Shown piece by piece: positions 1-9,062 of a stretch of DNA of 31,830 bases. Made by a program: the position numbers and the translations under genes. Origin of the DNA: Treponema sp. Lineage in GTDB: Bacteria > Spirochaetota > Spirochaetia > Treponematales > Breznakiellaceae. The notes under the pieces were generated by a model. The model was not told the origin of the DNA and did no database searches. It worked only from the letters and a program-made list of their open reading frames with translations. Where the stretch lies: contig JAISPY010000120.1 of the NCBI GenBank assembly GCA_031274565.1, positions 1 through 31,830 on the forward strand, given 5' to 3'. The first letter of the stretch is position 1. Each line of letters opens with the position of its first letter.

Positions 1-39
1 GGAGGTGATCTACAAAGTATGATGCGTAACTCTTTATAA
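1..39 (+). other. 3' end of a gene entering from outside the window (GGDLQSMMRNSL*), probably transposase-related
   Basis: Frame 1 reads GGDLQSMMRNSL-stop. A near-identical C-terminus (GGDPESMMNNSL*) lies on the opposite strand at 188-226. Mobile-element origin is inferred. Confidence 0.35.
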
Positions 40-103
40 TATAGAATTACAGTGTAGGTACCGTTATAACATGCATGCGGTCCGTTCCGGTCAATATTCC
101 TAT

Positions 104-197
104 TTCCTTATAGTATAAAGAAATAGGATTTCCTGATGCTCTTCTCAACAAGTCATGTTCTGGAGGAATGAACGCTAAGTCTTTATACTATAAGGAA
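104..197. repeat. 18-bp perfect inverted repeat, TTCCTTATAGTATAAAGA (104-121) / TCTTTATACTATAAGGAA (180-197), 58-bp spacer
   Basis: Direct reverse-complement match. The left copy also sits within a local hairpin (TCCTATTTC 98-106 / GAAATAGGA 120-128). Confidence 0.85.
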
Positions 198-272
198 TTA
201 TTCATCATACTTTCTGGATCACCACCAAATTTTTATGTACGCGAGCCCTGGGTCCCTCGAAATCAGGATAAC
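188..272 (-). pseudogene. Decayed gene remnant paralogous to the 1-39 gene end, interrupted by the IS at 278-1521
   Basis: Minus strand reads YPDFEGPRARVHK, then (after a one-base shift in an A5 run) FGGDPESMMNNSL*. No intact upstream frame. Confidence 0.4.
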
Positions 273-277
273 ATCAT

Positions 278-1521
278 GAGCCTTTCCCAAAACTCAATGG
301 AACTGGTGAAAAGAGGTAAAGGGTGAGTATAGAAAAAGCGGGAGAAACCTTGTAAGATTGGAGTGACAAAACCGCCAACACCAGGAGACTCCCGTTATGA
401 AAACTATAACAGAAACTATCGGTGGAGCGCAAGGGCTCCTGGACATATCGTATAATTTGGACGATGTTTTTGAGAATTATTTGACCGATGAACACAAGCT
501 GTTTCTCCACGTATTACGTATCATAGAGGCATCTCAGCCGCCGGTTATCAGGCGATGTGCGGCGACAGGACGAAAGCCGTATCAGTATCAACCTTTCATA
601 AGGAGCAATCTGGCAAAAAGCATTTTCAAGATAGACACCAATACCGAATTGATAAGAAGACTCCTGACGGACGCGAACTTACGCCTGTTATGCGGGTTTG
701 ATAAAGTACCGGGCCGCTCCACATTTTCAAGAGTTTTTGAGGAATTAACCGGAACAGCAATTCTTGGGGACACGCTTGACAGAATGGTCATGGAAGCACA
801 TGCCGGGCGGGTAGTATATCATGTAAGCCGGGACTCGACGGCAATAGAGGTGCGGGAAAAGGTAGGAAAGAAGCCTGCAAAGGGCGTAAAGGTGGAAAGA
901 AAGCGCCGTGGACGGCCTAAAAAGGGGGAAGTCAGGCCGGAAAAACCTGAAACGAATATCGAGCGTCAACCGCGCGAGAGCGTGGAAGAATCGCTTGGAA
1001 ATATAAATACAGCATGTTCTTACGGCTGCAAGAGAAACAGTCATGGCTCACCCCAGTTTTGGGTAGGATATAAGTTGCATCTTGATGTCAGCGATACCGG
1101 TTTTCCGGTATCCGCATTTGTGAGCGGAGCGAGTGTTTATGATAACCAGCTTGCGATACCGATGGAAAAGATGACGGAAAACAAAGTTACCTTCTGTTAC
1201 AGTCTGATGGATGCCGCCTATGATTCCAGCGTCATTGATAATTTCATCCGAGACCGTGGCCGCATTCCGATAATTGATCCAAACATGAGAAACGACAAAT
1301 CGCGGGCGCCATTAGATCCCGCGAAGAAAGAACGGTATAAACTTCGTACGGAAGTAGAGCGTGCGAACAGTATATTAAAGGACTGGTTATTGCCGGGAAA
1401 ACTCTATATCAAAGGGCACAAAAAAGTTTCCTTTGTGTTATTTTGTGCTGTTATTTGTCTTGCCGCCCTGCGGGCACTTCAATATTTTACGCCCGGCTAA
1501 TCATAGTTTTGGGAAAGCCTC
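278..1521 (+). mobile_element. Complete insertion sequence (1,244 bp), IS4/IS5-clan DDE type
   Basis: TIRs GAGCCTTTCCCAAAACT (278-294) and AGTTTTGGGAAAGCCTC (1505-1521) match 16/17. Flanking direct repeat ATCAT at 273-277 and 1522-1526. Single transposase ORF inside. Confidence 0.9.
397..1500 (+). CDS. DDE transposase (IS4/IS5 clan), 367 aa
   Basis: N-terminal GRKPY...LRLLCGF...PGRSTFSR domain. Acidic triad candidates RDSTAI, LMDAAYD and RTEVERANS (Y-x2-R-x3-E-R signature). SD AGGAG at 383-387. Exact IS family not determined. Confidence 0.9.
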   Translation: MKTITETIGGAQGLLDISYNLDDVFENYLTDEHKLFLHVLRIIEASQPPVIRRCAATGRKPYQYQPFIRSNLAKSIFKIDTNTELIRRLLTDANLRLLCGFDKVPGRSTFSRVFEELTGTAILGDTLDRMVMEAHAGRVVYHVSRDSTAIEVREKVGKKPAKGVKVERKRRGRPKKGEVRPEKPETNIERQPRESVEESLGNINTACSYGCKRNSHGSPQFWVGYKLHLDVSDTGFPVSAFVSGASVYDNQLAIPMEKMTENKVTFCYSLMDAAYDSSVIDNFIRDRGRIPIIDPNMRNDKSRAPLDPAKKERYKLRTEVERANSILKDWLLPGKLYIKGHKKVSFVLFCAVICLAALRALQYFTPG

Positions 1522-1766
1522 ATCATGAATTTTTATTTTTTCATGTCTTTCCATGACATAAGCTCTAGGAGCGGTCCGCTCAGTATGACGGTTGCTCGCA
1601 GCGGTTAAGGCGATACAGATTGTTTTTTCTTACGCCATGTTCCTGTAGGAGATGGGCCGAATTCTTTCGAGGCCTCCGGCCTACCAGAAGAAACCGTGGA
1701 GGGGCATAAAAAAAGCCCCGGGAAACCCTTAATGCGCTGCGTCTATCCTGGGTAGAGAAAAAACGC

Positions 1767-1795
1767 TTGAGCCATACTGAAAAAACCACTAAGGT
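1767..1795 (+). promoter_or_regulatory. Possible sigma70 promoter of the CBS-ACT gene
   Basis: TTGAGC (1767-1772), N17, TAAGGT (1790-1795), about 30 nt upstream of the start codon. Confidence 0.3.
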
Positions 1796-1825
1796 AGGGT
1801 ATATACGCATAGTATGGAGGTTTCT

Positions 1826-2473
1826 ATGATAATTAGCCGTGTTATGACTAAGAATCCGGTTTTTGTGCATCCCGCTATTTCGGTACACGATGCCCGGTCC
1901 CTAATGGACAAGGAAAAAATCGGCCGACTGCCGGTGCTGGATAAGAACCATCGCTTGGTGGGTATCGTAACCCGGAAGGACCTGCTCAAGGCCGGTCCTT
2001 CGGCAGCGACCAGTCTGGATATATATGAGATAAGCTATCTGCTTGCCAAGCTCACGGTTGAAAAGATCATGGTAAAGCAGGTCATCACCGTGGCGGAAAA
2101 CGAGGTGGTGGAGGAGGCTGCGCGGATCATGACGGATAAGGATATTAGCTGTCTGCCGGTGATGCGGGGTCCCCTGCTGGTGGGTATTATCACCGGGACC
2201 GATCTCCTCCAGGTGTTTATCCACGCCTTCGGCGCACGGCATCCGGGGGTACGGATTACCCTGTCCCTGAGCGAACGGCCGGGCCAACTGGCGAGGCTCT
2301 CCGGGGCCATCGCGAAACAAGGGGGCAACATCGTGTCTTTTGTTTCCACTGAGGGGGATAACCTCTCCCGTCGAAGGGGAACCTGTAAAATATCCGGTAT
2401 CAGCCGGGCGGAAGTAGAAGCCATCGTCAAAACGATTCCCGAAGCGGAATTGGAAGATATCCGGGAGGTATGA
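1826..2473 (+). CDS. CBS-pair plus C-terminal ACT domain protein (AcuB-like), 215 aa
   Basis: Two CBS repeats (VMTKNPVFV...IGRLPVLD...LVGIVT; IMVKQVITV...ISCLPVM...LVGIIT) and an ACT-like tail (LSERPGQLARLSGAIAKQGGNIVS). GGAGG at 1816-1820 favours ATG 1826 over 1814. Confidence 0.85.
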   Translation: MIISRVMTKNPVFVHPAISVHDARSLMDKEKIGRLPVLDKNHRLVGIVTRKDLLKAGPSAATSLDIYEISYLLAKLTVEKIMVKQVITVAENEVVEEAARIMTDKDISCLPVMRGPLLVGIITGTDLLQVFIHAFGARHPGVRITLSLSERPGQLARLSGAIAKQGGNIVSFVSTEGDNLSRRRGTCKISGISRAEVEAIVKTIPEAELEDIREV

Positions 2474-2515
2474 AGCTCCGGACCGTAGTCCGCAGACGTT
2501 AGCCTGCAGGCAACC

Positions 2516-2542
2516 TAAAGAAATGTTTTTTTTAACCGATTA
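2516..2542 (+). promoter_or_regulatory. sigma28 (FliA)-type promoter of the flagellar cluster
   Basis: TAAA (2516-2519), N15, ACCGATTA (2535-2542), against consensus TAAA-N15-GCCGATAA. Lies 25 nt upstream of flbB. Confidence 0.75.
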
Positions 2543-2567
2543 AATAGTAAGTATTAAGGAGATTGAG

Positions 2568-3200
2568 GTGGCCTCATTCGGAAAACAACGGGTTCTCGGC
2601 AAGATAATCGTACTCTTCCTGCTTATCATCGTGCTTGCCGGGGGAGGGCTCGTGTGGTTCGATTATCTCAATGTAGTGGATGCAAAGACCCTATTATCTC
2701 CGCTGTACCGCTTCATCGGCAGGGAAGGCCGTAGCGAGCGTTCTCAAGGGGAGGATGGGTTCCTTTCTCTGGATGCGGAACGGCTTGCCGTACGGCTTGA
2801 AGCCTTGGAACTGCGGAACCTGGAACTGGAAAAAGCGGAACAGGATATGCAGGCCCGGCGGGGTGAAATAGAACAGATGGCCCAGGCATTGGAAGAGCGG
2901 CAAAAGGCCCTGGATGAGCGGGAGAATTCTTTTAATGCCCTGGTACAGGCGGCCGAAACTAAGAGCAGAAACGTCGAACAGGTTGCCCGGTACTTGACCG
3001 GTATGCCCCCCCAGCAAGCGGTGGGTATCATTACCGAGATGGAAGATCAGGATGCTATTGACGTGTTCAGGAAGGCCGAAGAGCTTGCCCAGGCCGAAGG
3101 TACCGCTTCCATTGTCTCTTATTGGATATCCCTCTTACCTGCGGAACGTGCGGCGGGCTTGCAGCGGAAGATGGTGGGGAGACCTGCTACCCTGAATTGA
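2568..3200 (+). CDS. flbB: Periplasmic-flagellar collar protein FlbB
   Basis: N-terminal TM (KIIVLFLLIIVLAGGGLVWFDYL), long coiled coil, MgtE_N-like tail (YLTGMPPQQAVGII...SIVSYWISLLPAERAA). GTG start with SD AAGGAG. Confidence 0.8.
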   Translation: MASFGKQRVLGKIIVLFLLIIVLAGGGLVWFDYLNVVDAKTLLSPLYRFIGREGRSERSQGEDGFLSLDAERLAVRLEALELRNLELEKAEQDMQARRGEIEQMAQALEERQKALDERENSFNALVQAAETKSRNVEQVARYLTGMPPQQAVGIITEMEDQDAIDVFRKAEELAQAEGTASIVSYWISLLPAERAAGLQRKMVGRPATLN

Positions 3201-3291
3201 AGGGCGCAGGGTAGTGCATTTCGAGCGCTCCTCTGGTGGAGAGTATAGATCGGCAGATGGCCGAAGTTTAGGTATAGGATGAGGAGGCTGG

Positions 3292-4773
3292 GTGATGATG
3301 CAGGTGTCTCCCCGGATGCAGGGTACAGATGGTCCTGTTGAGGGAATGGCGGCAATGGAGCAACTGGGGGAAGCGCAGGGGCCGAATTGCAAGCAGGGTC
3401 AGGGAAGATCCCGTAAACAGGACCGACTCGGGGTTTTTGCGAAGCTCCTTGAGGGATTGCTTAGAAAATCCGGAGGGAGCAAGGACTTGAACGCGGGAAT
3501 GGCTGGGGAAGCGGAAACCCCGGCCGCGGAGATGCAGCAGGGAAAATCCCCCGCAAAAGGTCAGAAAAATCAAAGCAAGAAAAACCTCCTATCCAGTGCG
3601 GAAGCAAAAGCGGAAGGCAAGGCGAGTTCCGGAGAACGGGTGCGCCGGGATACCCAAGAGCGAGAGGAATCCCAAGGCTTGTTTGCGGCTCAGGGAGGAA
3701 ACGACCCGGAGGAGTTAGTTTACCCCCTCCCCAAGGAACAGGGTTCACTGCAAAAAGAAAAACACCCTGGTTCTTTGCATACCCAGGTACCCAAAGCCAC
3801 AAGTTCCCGGAAAGAAACCGCAGGGGTGGATCCACTGGCGCAGGCGCAGGCCGCAGTCCGGGAAGAGGCTTCCAAGACCTCGGGTAATCGGGAAATCGAG
3901 GCGGATACATCCGGGGAAAAAAGGAAAAAAGAAGGGGGCGCTGAAAAAGCCGGGGTCCGCACGGCTTCCCTTCTTAGGTCGAGCCCAGGGGTAGCTGAGC
4001 AGATTCAGCTTGCAGGTGATCCTAGGCTCGGGACGGACCCGGTTGACCAAGAAGGGGCTGAAGGGTCCCGAAAAGGGGTACGGGTCAAGGTCGGGGATAA
4101 ACGGCGGGACCGGATCGAGGGGCGGGATCTCCGTTCTCGGGAAGCGATTGCCTCCACTGCTGAGTCCCGGTTCACCGGGGACGCAAAGCCCCTCGCGGAA
4201 ACCAAGGGCCTGGAATTGCGGGTAGAACTCCCGGTGGATAGCCAAGACCGGGAAACTGCGCCTAGCGCTGGGGAAACCTCGCGTAGTCAGCGCTTCGAGG
4301 ACCTGCTGGCTCGGGAACTTTCCCAAACCCTGAACAGCGATATAGTCCGGCAAGCCCAGGTCCTTTTGCGGGAAGGGGGCGAAGGGACCATACGACTGTC
4401 GCTCCGACCGGAATCTTTGGGAAATGTAAAGATACAACTGGAATTGGCCGAAAAGAAGATAACAGGGCATATCATCGTAGAAAGCAGTGAGGCGCTCCGG
4501 GCATTTGAACGGGAAATACAGTCCTTGGAGCAGGCCTTTAAAGATTCGGGTTTTGGTGAAGCCAGCCTCGATACGGCCTTGGCCTCCGGGAGCGATGGGA
4601 ATGGAAGAGACCCCCCAAGAAGAGAAGGGGAAGCGGGGCCGTTCTTTTCAGAACGCTTTGCCGCGTCTACCTACGATGCAGGCTCGGAGAGGACCGGGGA
4701 AGCGGGGATACGCCTCGGAGCAGCCGTGAGCGGCAGCTCATCTGGTCATATCCCGATCGATATGCTGGTATAA
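3292..4773 (+). CDS. fliK: Flagellar hook-length control protein FliK
   Basis: Long low-complexity N-terminus and C-terminal T3S4 domain ([22 protein letters not shown]...ITGHIIVES...[10 protein letters not shown]). Directly precedes flgD. SD GAGGAGG; start may be 3292, 3295 or 3298. Confidence 0.9.
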   Translation: MMMQVSPRMQGTDGPVEGMAAMEQLGEAQGPNCKQGQGRSRKQDRLGVFAKLLEGLLRKSGGSKDLNAGMAGEAETPAAEMQQGKSPAKGQKNQSKKNLLSSAEAKAEGKASSGERVRRDTQEREESQGLFAAQGGNDPEELVYPLPKEQGSLQKEKHPGSLHTQVPKATSSRKETAGVDPLAQAQAAVREEASKTSGNREIEADTSGEKRKKEGGAEKAGVRTASLLRSSPGVAEQIQLAGDPRLGTDPVDQEGAEGSRKGVRVKVGDKRRDRIEGRDLRSREAIASTAESRFTGDAKPLAETKGLELRVELPVDSQDRETAPSAGETSRSQRFEDLLARELSQTLNSDIVRQAQVLLREGGEGTIRLSLRPESLGNVKIQLELAEKKITGHIIVESSEALRAFEREIQSLEQAFKDSGFGEASLDTALASGSDGNGRDPPRREGEAGPFFSERFAASTYDAGSERTGEAGIRLGAAVSGSSSGHIPIDMLV

Positions 4774-4787
4774 AGGGAGGACGCATT

Positions 4788-5225
4788 ATGGCGCTTGAAG
4801 CGACGCTGAGTTCACGAGAGCAAGCAGCTATTGCTCAACTGGTAAAAGAACACAACGGTAAGATAAACGAGGGGAAAAATCCCCAGCAGAATCTGGGGAA
4901 GGATGATTTTCTCAAGATCCTCATCACCCAGCTCTCCTATCAGGATCCCACCGCCCCGATGGAAGACAAGGAATTTATCGCCCAGATGGCCCAATTTTCA
5001 ACCTTGGAGCAGATGACCAGTATGGCCTCTGATTTTTCCCGGCTTGCGGTTATGGTTGCGGGGAGTGAAGCCACGGGTTCCTTGGGAAAATCCGTGGAAA
5101 TAGCCGTGGGGGATGAGCTTGTCCAAGGTACGGTTAAGGCGGTAACCCGGGGGGATAGTCCTGAAGTGCTGGTGCGGGGTTCCTACTATCCCTGGAACCA
5201 GGTTGTCAAGGTATTTGAGGAATAG
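4788..5225 (+). CDS. flgD: Flagellar hook capping protein FlgD
   Basis: [41 protein letters not shown] signature. Confidence 0.97.
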   Translation: MALEATLSSREQAAIAQLVKEHNGKINEGKNPQQNLGKDDFLKILITQLSYQDPTAPMEDKEFIAQMAQFSTLEQMTSMASDFSRLAVMVAGSEATGSLGKSVEIAVGDELVQGTVKAVTRGDSPEVLVRGSYYPWNQVVKVFEE

Positions 5226-5261
5226 TCCAACTAACATTTAAGCTATGGAGTATAGTGCGAT

Positions 5262-6662
5262 ATGATGCGATCATTGTTTGCTGGCGTATCGGGCCTGCAG
5301 AATCACCAAACTCGAATGGATGTGATTGGTAATAACATTGCCAATATCAATACGGTGGGGTTTAAAAAGGGACGGGTCAATTTTCAAGACTTGCTCTATC
5401 AGCAGTTGCAGGGCGCTTCCCGGCCTACCGAGGACTTGGGGGGGGTAAATCCGAAAGAAGTGGGCCTGGGTATGTCCATCGCTTCCATTGATACGGTCCA
5501 TACCCAAGGTTCCTTTCAGTCAACCGGGATCGGGTCGGATCTGGCTATCCAGGATACGGGTTTCTTTGTGCTGAAAGAAGGGGCTAATTTCTATTATACC
5601 CGGGCAGGGGCCTTTAACCTGGATGAAACGGGGACCCTGGTAAATCCTGCTAACGGGATGAAGGTCCAGGGCTGGATGGCGCAGGATATAGCGGGAGTGC
5701 AGACCCTGGATGTTTCCCGGGATGTGGAAAACCTGATCATTCCGGTGGGTTCCAAGGATCCGGCCCGGGCCACCACTATGGTCAATTTTGCCTGTAACCT
5801 GGATAAGCGGATCCCCGAAATTCCCGAAGGGGCCACTGCTTTAGAGGTTCAGCGGGGAACCTGGAATACGAATATCAAGATTTATGATACCTTTGGGGAG
5901 GAGCATATCCTCCAGGTGGAGTTTACCCGGATTCCGGGCACCGCCAACAGTTGGAATGCCGCGGTGGTGGTAGATCCCCAAGCGGAGGTAGCTACCAATA
6001 CCGCCATAGGACTTGGAGAAGCTGCTCCGGGAGCCGGGGAAGGGGCAGCCTTTGCGGTGAACTTCTCCAATAACGGTACCCTCCTCGGCGTGGTCGATGG
6101 AGCGGGAAACGAATCCGGCGGGGTGGGAAACGTGATCATGAACGTGGCCTATGATGTGCAGAACACAGATCCGGATGCAGAGGGCGGCCAGGTGCGTCAG
6201 GAATTTGCCCTGAACCTCGGTACGGTGGGGGGGTTTGTCAATTCTATTACCCAGTATGCGGAATCCAGTTCTTCCAAGGCGGTGATGCAGGACGGGTATA
6301 CCATGGGCTATCTGGATAACTACAAGATCGATTCCAGTGGGATCATCACCGGGGTCTATTCCAACGGCTCGAACCGGACCATCGGCCAGATTGCCCTGGC
6401 CAGTTTTACCAATCAGGGAGGGCTGGAAAAAGCCGGGAACAATGCCTATGTGGTTTCGACCAACTCAGGGGCGGCCAACATTGGGCCTTCGGGTATTGCC
6501 GGTAAAGGCACGATCGTTGCCGGAACCCTGGAAATGTCCAACGTGGATATGGCCGAACAGTTTACCGACATGATCGTTACCCAGCGGGGTTTCCAGGCCA
6601 ATTCCCGGACCATCCAGACGGCGGATCAGCTCTTACAAGAACTCTTGAGCCTTAAACGGTAG
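5262..6662 (+). CDS. flgE: Flagellar hook protein FlgE
   Basis: N-terminal [20 protein letters not shown] and C-terminal [29 protein letters not shown] motifs. Confidence 0.98.
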   Translation: MMRSLFAGVSGLQNHQTRMDVIGNNIANINTVGFKKGRVNFQDLLYQQLQGASRPTEDLGGVNPKEVGLGMSIASIDTVHTQGSFQSTGIGSDLAIQDTGFFVLKEGANFYYTRAGAFNLDETGTLVNPANGMKVQGWMAQDIAGVQTLDVSRDVENLIIPVGSKDPARATTMVNFACNLDKRIPEIPEGATALEVQRGTWNTNIKIYDTFGEEHILQVEFTRIPGTANSWNAAVVVDPQAEVATNTAIGLGEAAPGAGEGAAFAVNFSNNGTLLGVVDGAGNESGGVGNVIMNVAYDVQNTDPDAEGGQVRQEFALNLGTVGGFVNSITQYAESSSSKAVMQDGYTMGYLDNYKIDSSGIITGVYSNGSNRTIGQIALASFTNQGGLEKAGNNAYVVSTNSGAANIGPSGIAGKGTIVAGTLEMSNVDMAEQFTDMIVTQRGFQANSRTIQTADQLLQELLSLKR

Positions 6663-6675
6663 CGGGTAAACAGCC

Positions 6676-6873
6676 ATGATTAACGTAACCCGGCTTGATG
6701 GAACAGAGTACTATATCAACCCCCATCAGATCGAATCAATGGAGATCAAACCGGATACGACGATTTTAATGTTATCCGGCAAGTACCTAGTGGTGAAGGA
6801 ACCCGCATCGGCAGTGATAGAGCGCATCGTTGCATACCGCCGGCAGATTGGCGGCTTTAAAAACGAGGAGTAA
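6676..6873 (+). CDS. flbD: FlbD/SwrD family flagellar protein
   Basis: MINVTRLDG..YYINPHQIESME..PDTTI.MLSGK.LVVKE signature; located between flgE and motA. Confidence 0.93.
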   Translation: MINVTRLDGTEYYINPHQIESMEIKPDTTILMLSGKYLVVKEPASAVIERIVAYRRQIGGFKNEE

Positions 6874-6881
6874 GTGCTTTT

Positions 6882-7664
6882 ATGAATTTTTCGACCATAA
6901 TTGGAATAGTTGGTTGTTTTGTAATGGTGATTATGGCCATTTTTACCTCCGGGGGTACCATAGTATCCTACCTCGATCTTCCTTCGTTCTTTATGACCGT
7001 CGTTGGTTCGTATCTGGCGCTTTTTGTCTTTGGTTCGATTCCGGATGCCCTGGGGCTTTTTGGCACCATAGGGCTTTGCATGAAGGTTCCTGTTTTTAAT
7101 GCAGAGGGGATCATCACTAAACTGCTATCCTTCTCCGACAAGGCGCGGCGGGAAGGGCTTTTGGCCCTGGAAGAAGAATTGGAAGACCTGGACGATGATT
7201 TTTTGAAAAAGGGGATGCGTCTGGTGGTAGACGGTACTGATGGGGCGATCATTCGGGAACTCCTGGAGAATGAGTTGAGTCAAATCCAGGATCGGCACAG
7301 CGGTAAAATCGCGGTGGTCAACATGTGGGGTACCTTGGCGCCGGGGCTTGGGATGATAGGAACCGTGGTCGGTCTCATCGCCATGTTGAAAAACTTGGAA
7401 GATAAGAGCGCCTTGGGTCCTAACATGGCAGTAGCCTTGATGACCACCCTCTATGGCTCCCTGATCGCCAACCTCTTAGCGATCCCCATGTCCGGGAAAC
7501 TGAAAACCCGGGACGCCATGGAGACCAAGCTCAAGGAAATGGAAATTGAGGGTATCCTTTCGATTCAAGCGGGGGAGAACACCCGGGTTTTGGCGACGAA
7601 GCTCCTTTCCTACCTGGACCCCGTGGCCCGGAAGAAGGTGGAACAGGAAGTGCTGCGGGATTAG
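6882..7664 (+). CDS. motA: Flagellar stator protein MotA
   Basis: ARREGLLALE, APGLGMIGTVVGLIAML and MAVALMTTLYG motifs; four TM segments. Confidence 0.97.
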   Translation: MNFSTIIGIVGCFVMVIMAIFTSGGTIVSYLDLPSFFMTVVGSYLALFVFGSIPDALGLFGTIGLCMKVPVFNAEGIITKLLSFSDKARREGLLALEEELEDLDDDFLKKGMRLVVDGTDGAIIRELLENELSQIQDRHSGKIAVVNMWGTLAPGLGMIGTVVGLIAMLKNLEDKSALGPNMAVALMTTLYGSLIANLLAIPMSGKLKTRDAMETKLKEMEIEGILSIQAGENTRVLATKLLSYLDPVARKKVEQEVLRD

Positions 7665-7714
7665 CGGGATTTAGTATGGAAGATCGGGGCTTGCAAGGTA
7701 CCGAAGGATAAGCT

Positions 7715-8446
7715 ATGGCACGGAAACAAAAGAAGGAAGCTGAAGGGGTAAAAGGGGAATGGATCGTAACCTATTCTGACATGGTTACTCTGTTGCTCTG
7801 TTTCTTCGTTGCCCTCTTCGAGGTGAATGAAGTGGATCCAGGGAGAATGTCTGCATTGCTTTCTGCATTGGCCAATGTAGGGATGGGGAATTCAAGCGGC
7901 GGGGAGACCTTATCCGCCGGTAAAAGCGTGGAATTGGGTAATACCATCAGTAGTTTACCCTCCATGGATAAAGGCCGATTTTTAGGTCAGGCCCTGCGGC
8001 GGGCCATGAGCCTTTTCAGTCCTGAGGTGAAGTCTAACAAGGTACGGATCACCCATGATGAACGGGGGCTGGTGATCAACCTGGCGTCGGACGCTTTTTT
8101 TGCTCCGGCCAGTGCGCGAATAAATATAGAAGAAACCCGGGATATCCTTCTGAGGTTAGCGGGTCTTTTGAATTCCGAGGAAGTCCGGGGCAGGAAATTT
8201 AGGATTGAAGGGCATACCGATGCGGTGCCGGTAGACCCGGATGGTCCCTGGGAATCGAACTGGGAGCTATCCACCGCCCGGTCCATTGCGGTGCTGCATT
8301 ATCTCACGGATCTGGGGGTGGAGGAAAAGCGCTTTCAGGTAGCGGGATTTGCCGATACCATGCCGATAAGTAAAAACGACACCCCTGAAGGCCGGGCGTA
8401 TAATCGGCGGGTGGATATTATTATATTAGATGATGGGCACTTATAA
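7715..8446 (+). CDS. motB: Flagellar stator protein MotB
   Basis: WIVTYSDMVTLLLCFFVAL TM with the essential Asp; OmpA-like domain (IEGHTD...NWELSTARS...NRRVDI). Confidence 0.97.
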   Translation: MARKQKKEAEGVKGEWIVTYSDMVTLLLCFFVALFEVNEVDPGRMSALLSALANVGMGNSSGGETLSAGKSVELGNTISSLPSMDKGRFLGQALRRAMSLFSPEVKSNKVRITHDERGLVINLASDAFFAPASARINIEETRDILLRLAGLLNSEEVRGRKFRIEGHTDAVPVDPDGPWESNWELSTARSIAVLHYLTDLGVEEKRFQVAGFADTMPISKNDTPEGRAYNRRVDIIILDDGHL

Positions 8447-8510
8447 CGGTTGGTAATAAGGCGCTCGTGGAGTAAAAGGGTAACTATAATGAAAAGGGAG
8501 GTAACAGGGC

Positions 8511-9062
8511 ATGGCTGACGAACACGTAGTTGAGAATCAGGAAGAAATTCCAGAGGAGCAACAGAAAAAGAAGCGAGATTTTCGTTTACTGGCTCTTGTG
8601 CCCAATTTGCTTAAATTTGTAGCGATAGGGCTGGGGGCGTTGATACTCATCGTAACCGTGGCGGTGATTACCTATAGTATTCTCAATAAGGGCGGAAAAT
8701 CGCAGACCGTAGTTCCGGAAAATTCCCCCTATATCGGGACGAGACCTCAGTATTCTATGTTTAGCGCTATTGGGTTGATCCGTACCCGTACCAAGGATCC
8801 GACTCCCTATACGGTGGTGGTAGAGATGATCCTTGGGTATGACTTAAATAACGCGCAAGCCGCCACGGAATTAACCGGACGCTTGTATGAACTGCGGGAC
8901 TTTGTGCGGAGTTATTTTAGCAGTAAATATGCGGAGGAACTCCTGCCTGAGAATGAGGGCCGGTTGAAACAGGAGATCATAGAGCTGCTTAATACCCGGA
9001 TGCTTAACACCGCCAAGGTCAGGACCATCTTGTTTAACCAGCTTGATGCCATAGAGATGTAG
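8511..9062 (+). CDS. fliL: Flagellar basal-body-associated protein FliL
   Basis: Single N-proximal TM, FliL-like C-domain (ELRDFVRSYFSSK...LKQEIIELLN...VRTILFNQL), located between motB and fliM. SD GGGAGG. Confidence 0.9.
   Translation: MADEHVVENQEEIPEEQQKKKRDFRLLALVPNLLKFVAIGLGALILIVTVAVITYSILNKGGKSQTVVPENSPYIGTRPQYSMFSAIGLIRTRTKDPTPYTVVVEMILGYDLNNAQAATELTGRLYELRDFVRSYFSSKYAEELLPENEGRLKQEIIELLNTRMLNTAKVRTILFNQLDAIEM

Noticed and set aside
274-1044. Minus-strand ORFs inside the IS (274-510, 588-791, 745-1044)
   Set aside because: Antisense to the transposase or crossing the TIR; no coding signal.
1640-1720. GCCTCCGGCCTA resembling the 3' half of a c-di-GMP-I riboswitch
   Set aside because: Lacks both GCAAA elements and the GNRA-capped stem in the right order. 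An Rfam/Infernal scan would settle it.
1580-1888. 102-aa minus-strand ORF
   Set aside because: Overlaps the CBS-ACT gene start and promoter antisense; no motif or SD.
3241-3270. Second sigma28 promoter before fliK (GCCGAAGT at 3260)
   Set aside because: No TAAA-like -35 at 15-nt spacing.
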